Positions 37,672-49,848 of a stretch of 64,000 bases of DNA are shown in pieces. Where the stretch lies: assembly GCA_965178125.1 (NCBI GenBank), contig OZ237746.1:124001-188000 (forward strand). Reading direction: 5' to 3'. How positions within the stretch are numbered: position 1 is the stretch's first letter; every line of letters begins with the position of its first letter. Origin of the DNA: Bilabrum cf. latius (Eukaryota). The notes beneath the pieces were generated by a model that was not told where the DNA came from, made no database searches, and was given only the letters and a program-made list of their open reading frames with translations. The translations under genes were made by a program, and so were the position numbers.

Positions 37672-40389
37672 ATGATAGCTGCCCTGATCTCGCTGAATCC
37701 CCAGTACCCAACAGTCTACATATCAGAAAGCCAGCGGAAGCTTACCATTGGAAGAGGCACGTCATGTGATATTATGATAAAGGCTGCCGAGGTGTCGAAG
37801 GAGCATTGCACATTAGAGATACAGCAGGGAGGGAGATCTCGTCGTTCTGCAGCCTCATCAAATGGAGCCGGCGCATCAAAGACCCCTAAAAGCCCGGAAG
37901 CAAGCCCGCGCACTCCCTTGCAAGTACCTCAATTGAGCTTTTGGTTGCAAGATCACTCCCGAAACGGGACCTTTGTAATCCAATGCGAGCGTGCCGCGGC
38001 GTCAGCGCCCCGATCACGCCCCCATGCCACCGGAGCACCTACGAAAGGCAGCACGGCGCGAGCCGGCGCATCTTCGCCGTCGAAATCTGCAGTTAGCTCT
38101 GGCAGTTCGTCGGGCGCGCCGCAGACCCCACGCACGCCGGGGATCCAGCCGGCCACTGGCACGCCCCAGGCGGGCGCCTCAGGAGGCTCGCTGGAGGACG
38201 ACAGCCCCCGGCCGGGCAAACCGTATCTCGTGAACCACGGCCGGCTGCAGCTGTTCGATGGCGATCAGCTGAGCATCGCCATGCCCAATAGCGGGCGGGA
38301 CATTTACACCCGCAAGAGCGCCAGCTACGTGCTGCGTGACATGCGCGCAGCCCCCCGTACCTCCTTCCTGCGTGCGGCCAGCAGGGGCGCTCTCAGCACC
38401 AGGTACAGGGTGGGCAAACCGGTGGCCCGTGGGTCCTTCGGTGTTGTGTACGACGGGCGGTAGGCGAGCACGGGGCGGCGCGTGGCGCTCAAAGTCATCC
38501 GCAAGAGCAGGAGCCAGCAGATGGGGCAGTCAGTCCAGGAGATCTTGGCAGAGGCCCAGGTGCTTGCCCAGCTGAGGCACCCTTGCGTGGTGGCCTTGCA
38601 CGAGGTGGTAGACTGCGGAGATCTCCTGGTTCTGGCCATGGATTACGCCACTGGTGGAGACCTGAGCATCCTCCTCCGCAAGTTCGGCAGGCTGCACGAA
38701 GGCGCTGTCAGGGCCATCACGTACAACATCCTGGAGGGGCTGGCCTTCCTCCACGGCAGGGGGTGCCTCCACAGGGACCTAAAACCTGCGAATGTGCTGT
38801 TGATGGGCGGGCCCATCGCGGAAGAAAACGAGCAGGCGCTACTGCGGGAGAGGAGGCAGAAAGCGAGGGCCACAGCAGAGGGGAATGCGCCCTCCATGGA
38901 CTCCATCTCATCCTCGTCGGAGTTGGAGGGAAGTTCCTCTTCGTCCGCCTCGGGCCACATGCGCATGACGGTCATTTGCAGGGACGAATCGGCGCCACAG
39001 AGCATAGGCTCGCTGGACGAGGACGGGCTGGGCCCTGAAGCCGGGGCCACTGCGGGGTCACGGCGACCCGCATCATCATCATCGTCGTCAGCATCGTCTG
39101 CCTCTTCATCGATGCAGCCATCCATGGCTGGCCTCGGTGTGCCAGGGGCAAGTGACAGCGCCCGCTGGGGCCCACCACCTGTGTCCACAGTCGCCAGTCC
39201 ACTGCGGGGTTCCGTTGATGCAGAGACCGGGGAACTGCTGGGCCCCATGGGCGTCGGCAGCGGCAGCTCGGCCGGCTCGGGGCATTCACCCGCGAGCAGC
39301 GACGGGGTGACCGTCACTCTGCCCCACTACCTGCCCGACATGCCCCGGGCCATGCTCAGCGATTTCGGCCTATCCACCGTGCTGGGCCAGGGAGAGATGG
39401 CCCGAAGCCATGTAGGCACGCCGGTCTATCTGTCCCCGGAGCAAATCGCGCACACGTGTCTGGGGCTGGGCAAGGGCTACGGATGGCCGTCGGACATGTG
39501 GGCCACGGGAGTGATGATCTACCAGCTGCTGACAGGCAGGTTGCCGTGGGACATCCGAAAGGGGGCCCGCCCAGTGCAGGCTCAGATCCTGGACTGCTAC
39601 AAGCGGCGGGCCCCGCCCTCCCTGTCCTACCCATCAGACGTCTCTCGCAGCGCCAGGGACCTGATCCACCGGTTGCTGTCGATGCCAGCAGAACGGCCCA
39701 CTGCTCAGCAGGCCATGCAGCATGCGTGGTTTAAAGTGGGGACGACCAAGCAGGGGGGCGGGCTCAAAGGCAAGCCAGACGGTGGTGCTGCTGCGGCTGC
39801 TGCGGCCTCTTCCTCACCGGGCACGATCGGGGGCAGGCTGCGTGTGACGAGGAGCGAGAGTCTGACCATGAGCAAGGACCGGACGGTGGAGCACCCCGTG
39901 GCGGCCAAGGCCAAGATGGTCGCGAGGCAGGCAATGCGGCAGGCCAAGAAGGAGAGGCAGGGCTAGAGACAAGCCGCGAAATCGCCGCTCAGCGGTGCAG
40001 CAGGCAAGCGGAGTGCAGACGCTCGAGCCGCCAGAGCTGGTAAAAACGCGATGGGGGGTGGCAAGCCAGCGCAGGCCAGGGCAAGCAGCTCCAGCCCGAC
40101 CGCTCTTAGCCCGCTGTCTCGATCTCCTGTCCTTGGAGGCACCAAATCACCGGTCCGTAGAGAGTCTCCTGCCGGGTCTCGTGAGACGAATCGAGGTGCA
40201 CCATCCGTACCACCTCGGGCTGCCCTTGGATCCAAGAGGCCCCGGGGGCAGGTGCCCATGGAGCCGGGGTCGATTGCCGGGATGGCACCAGCAGGGGCTG
40301 AGAATGGAGCAGCACGAAACCACAATGACGGGGCGATGCCCATGCAGGACGCGTCCATGGCCAGCAAGCGCAGGCGCAGGAACACGTAA
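37672..40389 (+). CDS. FHA-domain Ser/Thr protein kinase (CHK2/Rad53/Mek1-type architecture; TAG=Gln at 38461 and 39964)
   Basis: FHA motifs TIGRG, VSKEHC and LQDHSRNGTFV. Kinase motifs ARGSFGVVY, VALKVI, HRDLKPANVL, SDFGLS, GTPVYLSPE and DMWATG. Ends at TAA 40387. Confidence 0.92.
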
Positions 40390-40749
40390 ATAAATCCATG
40401 ATGGCGCACGGACGCGCTGGGCTTCAGGTGAAACGGCGGTGATTTAATGAGATACGCTTGTTTTATCATCCAAAAAATGGAACATGTGGATCTGGGTATC
40501 TCGTGTGATCTAAGGCGCATCGGGTCGCGATCTGATCTGGACCCAGCGGGTGGAGCTGATGGACATTTTCCCAGCAGTCGGCCTGATTGAAACCAAACTG
40601 CCTGCATTCATAAGCAAGCGTACACTTTGAGTCCAGAGCCAGCGCATGCCACGGCAGCTAGTGGTTCGATTGGCGGCAGCGTGACCCATCTGAAAGGTAG
40701 GCGAGAAAACTTGCACATGCACTGTGACGGCGCAAAAGTACAGTTTTCT

Positions 40750-40835
40750 CGACAGCTGCAGGATTCGAACCTACGCGTGCACTCAAGCACACTCGCTTAG
40801 CAAGCAAGCGCCATTAACCACTCGGCCAAGCTGTC
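40750..40835 (-). tRNA. tRNA-Ser(GCT)
   Basis: Cloverleaf with acceptor GACAGCT/AGCTGTC and discriminator G, D-arm GCCGAGTGGTTAATGGC, anticodon arm CTTGC-TTGCTAA-GCGAG, a long variable arm, and T-arm GTAGG-TTCGAAT-CCTGC. Confidence 0.95.
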
Positions 40836-41424
40836 ATGCCCCCATGCCAATATTCTTGCATACAACCTCGAATATGGATTCAAGGTTGTATGCCTCCCCA
40901 GCGGAACAGTCACTGTCAACCTACTCATCCCCACCTGGATACCCGACTGAAGCAGCCGCGCGCCGTGCAAAACGAATAGCTGCGCCGTAGTAGTCCAAAT
41001 GCAATCGACGTGGGAGACTTTTCTGTTCAGGTGCGGACGGGAGAGCTAGCCCTTCAGTCATGTATTCTGGCGGGATGACACCGCAAAGGGTACCAACATA
41101 CCACGTAAAGATAATTCAATTGGATAAAATGTCAAATCTAGTATCAGACGCAGCCAGCGATAGTTCGATTACTATACGGCCTGCAATGAGATTTTGGGCC
41201 GGATCTGGAAATGACACAGCACACTACTGACGGCTAAACACAAGTAGATGATGAAACAGTGAAACAGTCACCGCCATTAATCCAGTTGCATCGCAATGAA
41301 TCGTTGATTACCGCCAGTTTGCTGAAAACAGCAGCTGACTTGCCCGCACGTGCAAGTGCACTGCACTGCAGCTACAGATTGTCCAAGACCTGTCGTGATA
41401 TCGGGCCCATTTCACCTGGAAAGT

Positions 41425-43616
41425 ATGGCCTATGCAGTTGATACAAGCGATAAATGCTATTTAGTTTCGGAGGTATGCTATGTTGATGGCTGGTTGTGGC
41501 CGGTACCAAGATAATAGTAGAATCGCAGTCGCATTCACTTGCTGGTAGTTGGTTCCCGTTCTCGCAGCTTGATATCCTGCTACAAGATCTGTTTGCAGGA
41601 AACGTCTCGTACATGACAATCATGAGTCATTACATGTCCCCGGAAGCGCTTAGAAACTTTGCACGAGGAGCTCAAGCGAACTTGATCAAGGGAACGTACT
41701 CACTGTATGCTACGCGCCTTTCCAATGAGTATGAGGAAGCAGCAACAGAGCTTGTCGGCGCCGCAAGCTGCATGCCTGATCTTAGAAATGTATCGTTGCA
41801 GACTTCAAGTGTATCTGAGGAAGCAGACAGAAAGCTTGCGCGACTGATCCAGCGCCACAAGCGGCTCTTCCACCTCGAGTGCGGCAGGAGCCCCTCCCTT
41901 GGCTTTGTGAGGGAAGCCCTGCGGCCAGACGTGTCGCTCCGATCATTGCATCTGCACGGGCTGAATGAAGAACACGAGGCCGACATGCACCTGGTGGCGA
42001 GCTGGGTCGCTGCGGGCTGCTCGCTCGTGTCGCTGGACCTGTCAGGCAGCCCAATCGGAGACAAAGGGGCGGCTGCACTGGCAGGGGCTCTGACACCCGC
42101 GACTAGCGACAAACCTACGTGCCTGCACCGCAGATCGTACATCAAGTAGCTTAAACTAGGCAAATGCCACATAGGTGCCGCTGGGTTCGCCGCCATCGGC
42201 AAGTGCCTGGGCCAAGACCCGGCAGTGGAGTGTCTCTGGCTGGGACACAATAGCCCGGGTGACGAGGGGATGGCTGGATTGGGAGAGGGGCTGGCATCCA
42301 ACTGCACTCTGCGGTATCTGTCGCTGCAATCAATCAGAGGGTATGGCGAAATCGGTGTGAAGGGGCTGGCCGAAGGCATCGCAGGCTGCAGGTCACTAAC
42401 TGGCTTGCACATGCACGGGTGCTGCCCCGAGGGAAGCAGGATTGGAGCCATTGCGGATGCTATCGGAGGAAGTGCGATCCGCAGGCTGGATCTATCTTGC
42501 ATCTTTGGGCAAAGCAGTGAGTGGCGAAAGCACGGGTCTGTCCCTCGATTGTGCGATGCACTTCGGACGAGCCTGCAACTTTAGTTCGTCATGCTGGGCG
42601 AATGCGACTTAAATGGAGGCTTAGGACTTTGCATTGCAAAAGCAGTCGGTCGCAGTGGATCCATCGGGCGCTTTCTCTAGTACTATTTCCATGCTCCGGA
42701 CCCCAACAACGAGCTTCGGCAGATAATTCCAGAGTGCATGAGACCAGGGTTCGATAGGCCACTGCTCCCACATGGCATCGATAGATTGTACTAGCTACAA
42801 GGACAAGACGCGCTGCTTTCCCTTGAGGATAGACGTGCCCTCCTGCCCCGCAGGACTAGGGCGCTGCGTGCAATCCAGTGGATCGAGGCCACCCATGCAC
42901 CCACTCCTTCTGGCCCTCCATGCTGCCTGCGCGCGTCATGCATGCTGCACCTGCTGTCTCAAGGGGAGCCCATCGATCCCGATGCGGTGGGGTGGTATGC
43001 ATGCAGTGCACTGCAGCAACTGGGTAGCCGCATGGAGGACGTGGTTGTGCTGCTGAGCTCGATGCTGGACATGACAGAGGGCATGGGCAGGGCCGAGCCG
43101 GAGCCGTGGGCCTACAACGAGAATTCTCCCCGGCAGCTATTCGAATATTCTGACCAGGTCGCAGAGAGGGTGCCTTGGGCTCCTCTGCTTCGAGCACGTG
43201 TGGGGAATGGGGTGCGGGGAGTGGTGGGGGCGGCTTGGGGGGAACTGGCCGGAATGGACGCAAGAGATGGTGCACTGCATTGTAAGGAAGATGCTGGCGC
43301 TGCAATACCGGTTCCTGATACAAGACGGCGCATGGCCGTGCTTCGTGCAGTGGTCAGGCTCGGGCGTGATCTGCTGCTGCGGGATGCCAAGCACAGGCAG
43401 GGGGGTATGGTCCGGTGGAGGCGGGCTGGGGATGCCAGGCGAGATGCAGGGCTGGTGTTGCAGGCTGCACGAGAAGGGAGGCCGCTGGAGCTGGGGCAGC
43501 GGCTGGTGCTGGGCGCACTGGCAGGTGGGCGAGAGCTGCTCGATTCGGCGCTGGAGGCAGCTCGGGCGGGAGGTCATGATGAGTGCGTGAAGGTGCTGTC
43601 ACGATAGCTTGGATAA
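41425..43616 (+). CDS. RNI/NLRC3-like LRR protein, paralogue A (TAG=Gln; intron 41473-41567)
   Basis: LRRs LVSLDLSGSPIGDKGAAALAGAL and VECLWLGHNSPGDEGMAGLGEGL. It is colinear with paralogue B only if TAGs at 42147, 42582, 42678 and 42792 are read through. After TAG 43605 it ends at TAA 43614. Confidence 0.85.
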
Positions 43617-43776
43617 GGCAGGGGGTTTTCATGCAGCTACTGGGAGCCGCAAAGCAGCACTTGCACTTGCAGTCACAATCGCTCCGAGTTCATGAAAGAT
43701 CCATTTCGGCTGTGTGCCTACATGAAAGATTGATTCAACACAACCGCATGGATAACCCCTTTGGATGTGGAGTGTT

Positions 43777-46243
43777 ATGCAACAACTCGTGGTCTTAGTT
43801 GCAGTACTGGCACACGCGGGGCTGGGAGCAAGCATCACTTGGATCAGTGGGGCAATACCGAACGAAACAGTTCTCGTTCAAGGCACCGGCTTGCAGGATG
43901 TGACTGCAGCCCGTCTATTCTACGTATCGTCGGTTGGCGAAGTTTACAACGAAACCCTACCTTTATCGATTCCTGCTGCACGTAGCGGAACTAGCGTCGC
44001 AGCTACATTGCCAGCAGCCTCTGGCGTATTTTCTGTTCAGCAATCTCGGTACCGGCTTGATCTTTTGCAGAACGACAACACCTCAGTTGTTGCATCAATA
44101 TCAGTAAATGAACCGGAGCTTTGGTGGATGGTCGGTGAGTTTGCTTCGGCACGACGAACCCAAACTAAGAAAGATCGTAGAGTGTGAAATTCGTCGAGCA
44201 GGTCTTCGCGCCATTTATATCGCAGGTGACATTAGTCTTGGATACGATTCATTCCCATCCACTGTCGCCAGAGTACCCCAAGCCAGCCGCGGTGGGTATA
44301 TTCGTATTTTCGGCCGCTTCTTGGCGTTCGGGGCAAGCGGCTGCGCCAATGCTCTAAGACCAGGCAGCCACAATACCACGGTGCACTTCAATCATGTTCA
44401 AACCGGCACAAAGATTAGCATCCCTGCCAAAAACGCGTCGTGCTTCGAGGCCTGGGCCAATTTGGAGGGCATGCCCTGCGGGACCTACCAAATCACCGTG
44501 TCCACAGGGTCCCAGCTCCCGCCCCCCTCACCACATCAAGCAAACATGACGCAAGGAACAGAGGGCGTGAAGCGCATGCTATTGGTGGAGGTTATCGAGG
44601 CGCATCCATTTCCCGGCGCAGTCTATGACGTGGATGCCCCGCCGTACAGCGGCAACGTGACCGCAGCTCTCACTGCTGCGGCAGTCGGCGGCGGGGGCAC
44701 CGTGCAGCTGGGTCCCCACAGGTATACCATGGGAGACCAAGAAACGCTCCTGATCCCGCCCAGCACCGTGCTTCAGGGCAAGGGCAGCCAGGTCTCGGTC
44801 CTGAGCTGGGACAGCAACACCCAGCGACCGGTCGCGCCGCTTGTGTCGGCGCAGAACTGCACCATGGTGTCGCTCAGGGACCTCGCCATTCAGTCTACTA
44901 CCCTGACCGCACAAGCCCTACAGATAGGTCCGAACTGTACCGGTGCCACTGTGGCACGCGTGTCTGTGCAGAGCTCCCCTATATACACTGGCATCTCCGT
45001 GCAGAACACGCTGCGGATCACGGGGGCCCAAGATGTCAGCGTCTCCGACTCGGTCTTCAACCACTCTGGCACGTGCGACGACTCCTACATCCTGCAGACC
45101 TCCGTCCAGACGGAGCTATCCGCGGGCGTGGCTCTCCTCCGCAACGAGGTGCGCAGCGGGTGCCCCGGCTTCAACTTCATGGACACGCCCAGGATGATCG
45201 TGGAGGGCAACTCCTTCTTCACGCATGCGCCCAACGTTTCGCTCGGGAATGGGGCCGCCACCTACAGCTCCGATAGGCCTGTCTTGAGGCACCTTTTCAT
45301 CGCTAGGAACAGCTTCATAGGAGCTTCCCCCAATGCGTCGCAGGCGAGACACGAGACATTTACAACGGACGCGGGCAGCGGCCTGTATGCTGGATTCGCC
45401 TCCTCGTGCGAGGCCGTCGATGGCCCGGCGGGAGTGCCTGGGTTCATCACGCGCCTGCGCTTGCCTGTGAATCCATTCAAGCTGCAGACCAACTGGAAAT
45501 CCGCAGTGGGCAACCAGTTCATCGCCATGAACGGGTCGCTGGCAGGCACGGAGGCCGTTGTGCTCGGCGCAGGAAACGACTCGGCCGGTTTCTTCCTCGA
45601 CCTCGACAGAGTGCTGCCACAGTGCCCGCTACCCGCCGATGCCACTGGTGGCGGCACGGCCTTCGGAGTGGGCCCGAACCGCCGCACGCTGCACTTTGTT
45701 GGCAACACGATCGAGCGCGGTACCGTCGTGCAGCTGTATTCGATGGCCATTCGCAATGCCGTATCTCACAACGTTGGGCATCGCATGACGGACGATTTCC
45801 ACTCGGGGCATGGAGGTTTCATGGCGTGGGGCGAGTGCTATTCGGGCGGCATTCAGCCCTCCATGTACAATGAGTTTGAGGGCAACCAGCTGTTCGGATC
45901 CAACGGTGTGCGGGTCGCCACGGGCGGCACCCGTTGCACCAAGGGAGCGTACAAAGGCTTCGACGTGGACGCGCCGTTCGTCCGGGGGATCGTGGTCAGG
46001 AATACCACGCTGCAGGGTGCCCTGGATCCCTTGGATCTGGATGCCGCGACTGCCCGCACGAAGCATCGAGGTGGAGTGACCCAACGGGGTTCTGGTGAGC
46101 TGTGCGGCTGGGCCAACGTGACTGGCTCTACCTCGGATGTGGTGCTGGAGCACGTCCACGCGAGCGAGTGCCCGTTTGGGCAAGGCGCCACGGGCGCGTT
46201 CGTGGACCGCAGCACAGTGACTCAGGCTGTGTTTCGGCCGTGA
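43777..46243 (+). CDS. Secreted right-handed beta-helix (pectin-lyase-like fold) protein, putative polysaccharide-active enzyme (intron 44135-44225)
   Basis: Signal-like MQQLVVLVAVLAHAGLGA, then AALTAAAVGGGGTVQLGPHRY...PPSTVLQGKG (pectate_lyase_3-like entry) and repeated xIxxNxF strands. The intron is phase 1 (GTGAGT...CGCAG). Ends at TGA 46241. Alternative ATG at 43765. Confidence 0.75.
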
Positions 46244-46626
46244 TGTACTGGTCTGGACTATAGCCTTGGCCTGCGTTGGCGCGGTGAACCCCAGTGGAAG
46301 TGAAAGCGAATGGGAATGCCTTCCTTGTGTTTGACACTCTGCCTGACGCTCGAGCAAGCTAGCCAGAGCTGGATTGCATGTTCAATCCGGATACAGTGAG
46401 TATTCGATCTGTAATTCCTTTGAAAGCATTTCTGGTCCCCCCACCCTGCCACAAAGCTGTGTGCCGGACTCAAAAGACTACGCTACCCAACATATGGTCG
46501 GATTTCAAAGTGCCGTAGCAGACGGTCGCAGCTGATCCGGGGCATGAGTTGCGGCGCAGCTGACCCCATCCCGGGGGGATAGGGGAGGTTGTGGCTGCGA
46601 GCCCCATGTCTGTCCGGTCCAACGTC

Positions 46627-47025
46627 TCAGGCCAGTGCGGCCCGCAACTCCTCCATCCTGCCCAGCGCCTTTCCAACCTGCACCCGCCGCACCGGCTTCA
46701 GAAGCACGTCCTGCGCCCCGCATTCCCGGAACAACGCCTGGTCCTCGGGCAGCGCGTTGCCCGTCACACCCACGATCGGCACCCCGCTGATCCGGTGGTC
46801 GCTGTCCTCGCGCACGGCCCGCGCCATCTCGGGCCCGGACATGCGAGGCATGGAGAAGTCCAGCAGCACCAGGTCGGCGACCAGACCGTGGGCCTGATCT
46901 CCCATCTGCTGGGCTCTCTGCTTGAGCACATCCAGCCCCTCCTGCCCATCGCTAGCCTGCAGCACCTGAATGGATCGATCCGCAGATCGCACCATGCGTG
47001 ATAGGAAGAGCCTGTTGGGCTCGCC
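46627..47025 (-). pseudogene. Response-regulator receiver (REC) domain lacking its first acidic strand; probable fragment of a hybrid histidine kinase
   Basis: ASDGQEGL, DLVLLDFSMPRMSGPEM, PIVGVTGNA and GAQDVLLKPV are intact. The upstream frame reads RLNGEPNRLFL instead of VVDD and hits TGA at 47101. Confidence 0.6.
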
Positions 47026-47362
47026 GTTGAGTCGGCAAGCGCTTGCCCGGATGGGCAGTCTCGGGTGATTTAGGGCACAAACTACATCCGATACACCACC
47101 TCATGCAACGGAATTGCGCAGCCTTCGCAGCCCCTCTGGTAAGATCCAGTGCCTCTTCGTCATTAATGGCGCCTGCGCAACGATCGCCCCGAGTGAGCAG
47201 TCCATCCGGCACTGCACCGGCGAATTCTCTGCAGCACCGCGCGTGGCACTTCCCATCCGCGGCTGAGCTGCCGGTGTAGCCTGCAGCTAATACAATTAAC
47301 CCAACACCGGGACGAAACAGCTTCAATCAACATGTCCTGCCTTCGAAAGTAGCCACCGGGCA

Positions 47363-49558
47363 TCACGTATGTCCAGCAAGCACCTTCACGCACTCATCGT
47401 GACCTCCCGCCCGAGCTGCCTCCAGCGCCGAATCGAGCAGCTCTCGCCCACCTGCCAGCGCGCCCAGCACCAGCCGCTGCCCCAGCTCCAGCGGCCTCCC
47501 TTCTCGTGCAGCCTGCAACACCAGCCCTGCATCTCGCCTGGCATCCCCAGCCCGCCTCCACCGGACCATACCCCCCTGCCTGTGCTTGGCATCCCGCAGC
47601 AGCAGATCACGCCCGAGCCTGACCACTGCACGAAGCACGGCCATGCGCCGTTTTGTATCTAGAACCGGTACTGCAGCACCGGCATCTTCCTTACAATGCA
47701 GTGCACCCTCTCTTGCGTCCATTCCGGCCAGTTCCTCCCAAGCCGCCCCCACCACTCCCCGCACCCCATTCCCCACACGTGCTCTATGAAGTGGAGCCCA
47801 ACCGATCTTGAAGATACACAAATCACGGATTTCTCCTGGTACGCCTTCATCTTCATGCCAGTTGCTCGGCTCCGGCTCGGCCCTGCCCATGCCCTCTGTC
47901 ACGTCCAGCATCGAGCTCAGCAGCACAACCACGTCCTCCATGCGGCTACCCAGTTGCTGCAGTGCACTGCATGCATACCACCCCACCGTATCGGGATCGA
48001 TGGGCTCCCCCTGAGACAGCAAGTGCAGCATGCATGACGCACGCAGGCAGCATGGAGGGCCAGAAGGAGTGGGTGCCTGGGTGGCCTCGATCCACTGGAT
48101 CGCACGCAGCGCCCTAGTCCTGCGGGGCAGGAGGGCCCGTCTATCCTCAAGGGAAAGCAGCTCGCTTTTGGGGCCTTGTTCATGCAGCTGCGAGGTACGA
48201 TTCATTCCATTGATCGGTCCTCGCGGGTCTTGACCCTCAAAGGAGCAGTCAGGCAGCAGGCTTTTCCATCCCCCGGGCGGCGGAATGCCCCCCGAGTGCC
48301 CGAGCTTTACCGCGCGTATTGACGCGCTGTTGGCGACGGATTTGACGAGGTGTAGTACCATTTGGTTTGCGATCATGAGCTGTTCAACCTCGAGAATTTG
48401 AAGAGACAGGCTCTTCTGGATCGCGTCGGTCAGCCGCGGGACCGACCCCTGGGGAATCGGGGACCTGACCCTGCTTATGCCAGATAGAATCACCTTGCGC
48501 AAGCTGCTGCTGCCTATCGCATCTGCAAGCGCTCCGAACCTTCCGTCTTCCGCCCTCATCCCGGCCATGTCCAGGTTGACCAGGGAGCGGCAATGTTCGA
48601 TGCCGGCTGCGAGAGCTCTCTGCGACGACTGCGACGCGACGATCGCGCAACCTTGCAGCGACAGATACCGCATAGTGCAGTTGGATGCCAGTCCCTCTCC
48701 CAGAGCTGTGATACCCTCGTCACCCGGGCTGTTGTCCCCCAGCCAGAGACACTCCACCGCCGGGTCTTGTCCCAGGCACTTGCCGATGGCGGCGAACCCG
48801 GCCGGCCCGATGCCGCATCTTGTCAGGATTAGCCTCCGAATGGCCACGGGTCGATGTGATTGCGGAGCATTGCTGTGCCTGGGCGTCAGAGCCTCCGTAA
48901 GAGCTATTGCTCCCGGGTCACCGATCGAGTTGATCGCCAGAGAGAGTGTGTTGAGGTTGCAGCCGTTCGAGATCCAGTCCGCCAGGCGCTGCATGTCGGA
49001 AGGCATGCTGCTGCTCAGTCCGCTCAGTGTGATCGATCGCAATGATGTGCTCGGGTGAATGCCTGCCTCGGCGAATCGAAGTGAAAGTGTTCTTGAGCAC
49101 TGCAAGAGCTTGATGCAGTCGTGCTACCGTATCATGCATGCCAGCGCCGCATCAAGGCATTTTGATATGTTGCCGGTAAACTGCAGGCACTTCAAGTACT
49201 TGAAACTTGTTAATGACAGAAGAAAATCAGCGATTCCTTCCTAGAACTCGGCCGCTTCTGGGGCATCTAGCAACTTGAAGTGGATCCAATTCAAGCCAGA
49301 GAGCCGCTACGATCGCGCACGGAGTGCGAAGTCATGAAGCAATTCCGGCGTCCAGCCATCCCAATGCATAGTCATGAAGCCTATCTTGCCTGCAATTAGG
49401 TCTGCAAGCAGCTCGGTCATCTGCGATGTTGCTGGCTTGAAAAATCGAGGTCGAGCATTGTATTGTCCATTCTCGTGGTCTAGCAGATCCGTTCTGTCTC
49501 TCACCTGTGAACTAGTATAATCTTTATAGTCAGCTTCTACGGCGCATTCCGCTGCCAT
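47363..49558 (-). CDS. RNI/NLRC3-like LRR protein, paralogue B (TAG=Gln; probable in-frame intron 49421-49504)
   Basis: ORFs 49307..49558 and 47363..49105 join through TAGs at 49307, 49241 and 49124. The intron position matches paralogue A. Ends at TGA 47363. Confidence 0.85.
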
Positions 49559-49848
49559 GCCGGTTTACGGTAAGGTGTATGGCGTCGTCACTCAGCATTC
49601 CCGATCCAGGCTTGGATAGCGCCATCGTGCCGTGCAGTTGCCGTGCAGTTGCCGTGCAAGCAGCCTGAGTGTGGTTGTTATTAGGCCTAAATCAAGATTC
49701 GCTCGTTCGTTCGTTGTTTGCATCTTGCAGAATCTACGGGTGGCAGCAAGAGCGAACCCCCTCCCCGAGTGGCACTTTTTCGCGTACAACCCACAAGACG
49801 GCGATTCAACACCACTTCAAGCACAACAAACATATCGAGCGAGCGACC

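Noticed and set aside
40750-40835. tRNA with CTA in its anticodon loop as the possible UAG-decoding tRNA
   Set aside because: The 7-nt loop TT-GCT-AA centres on GCT. The long variable arm and G discriminator fit an ordinary tRNA-Ser. No CUA tRNA is seen in this window.
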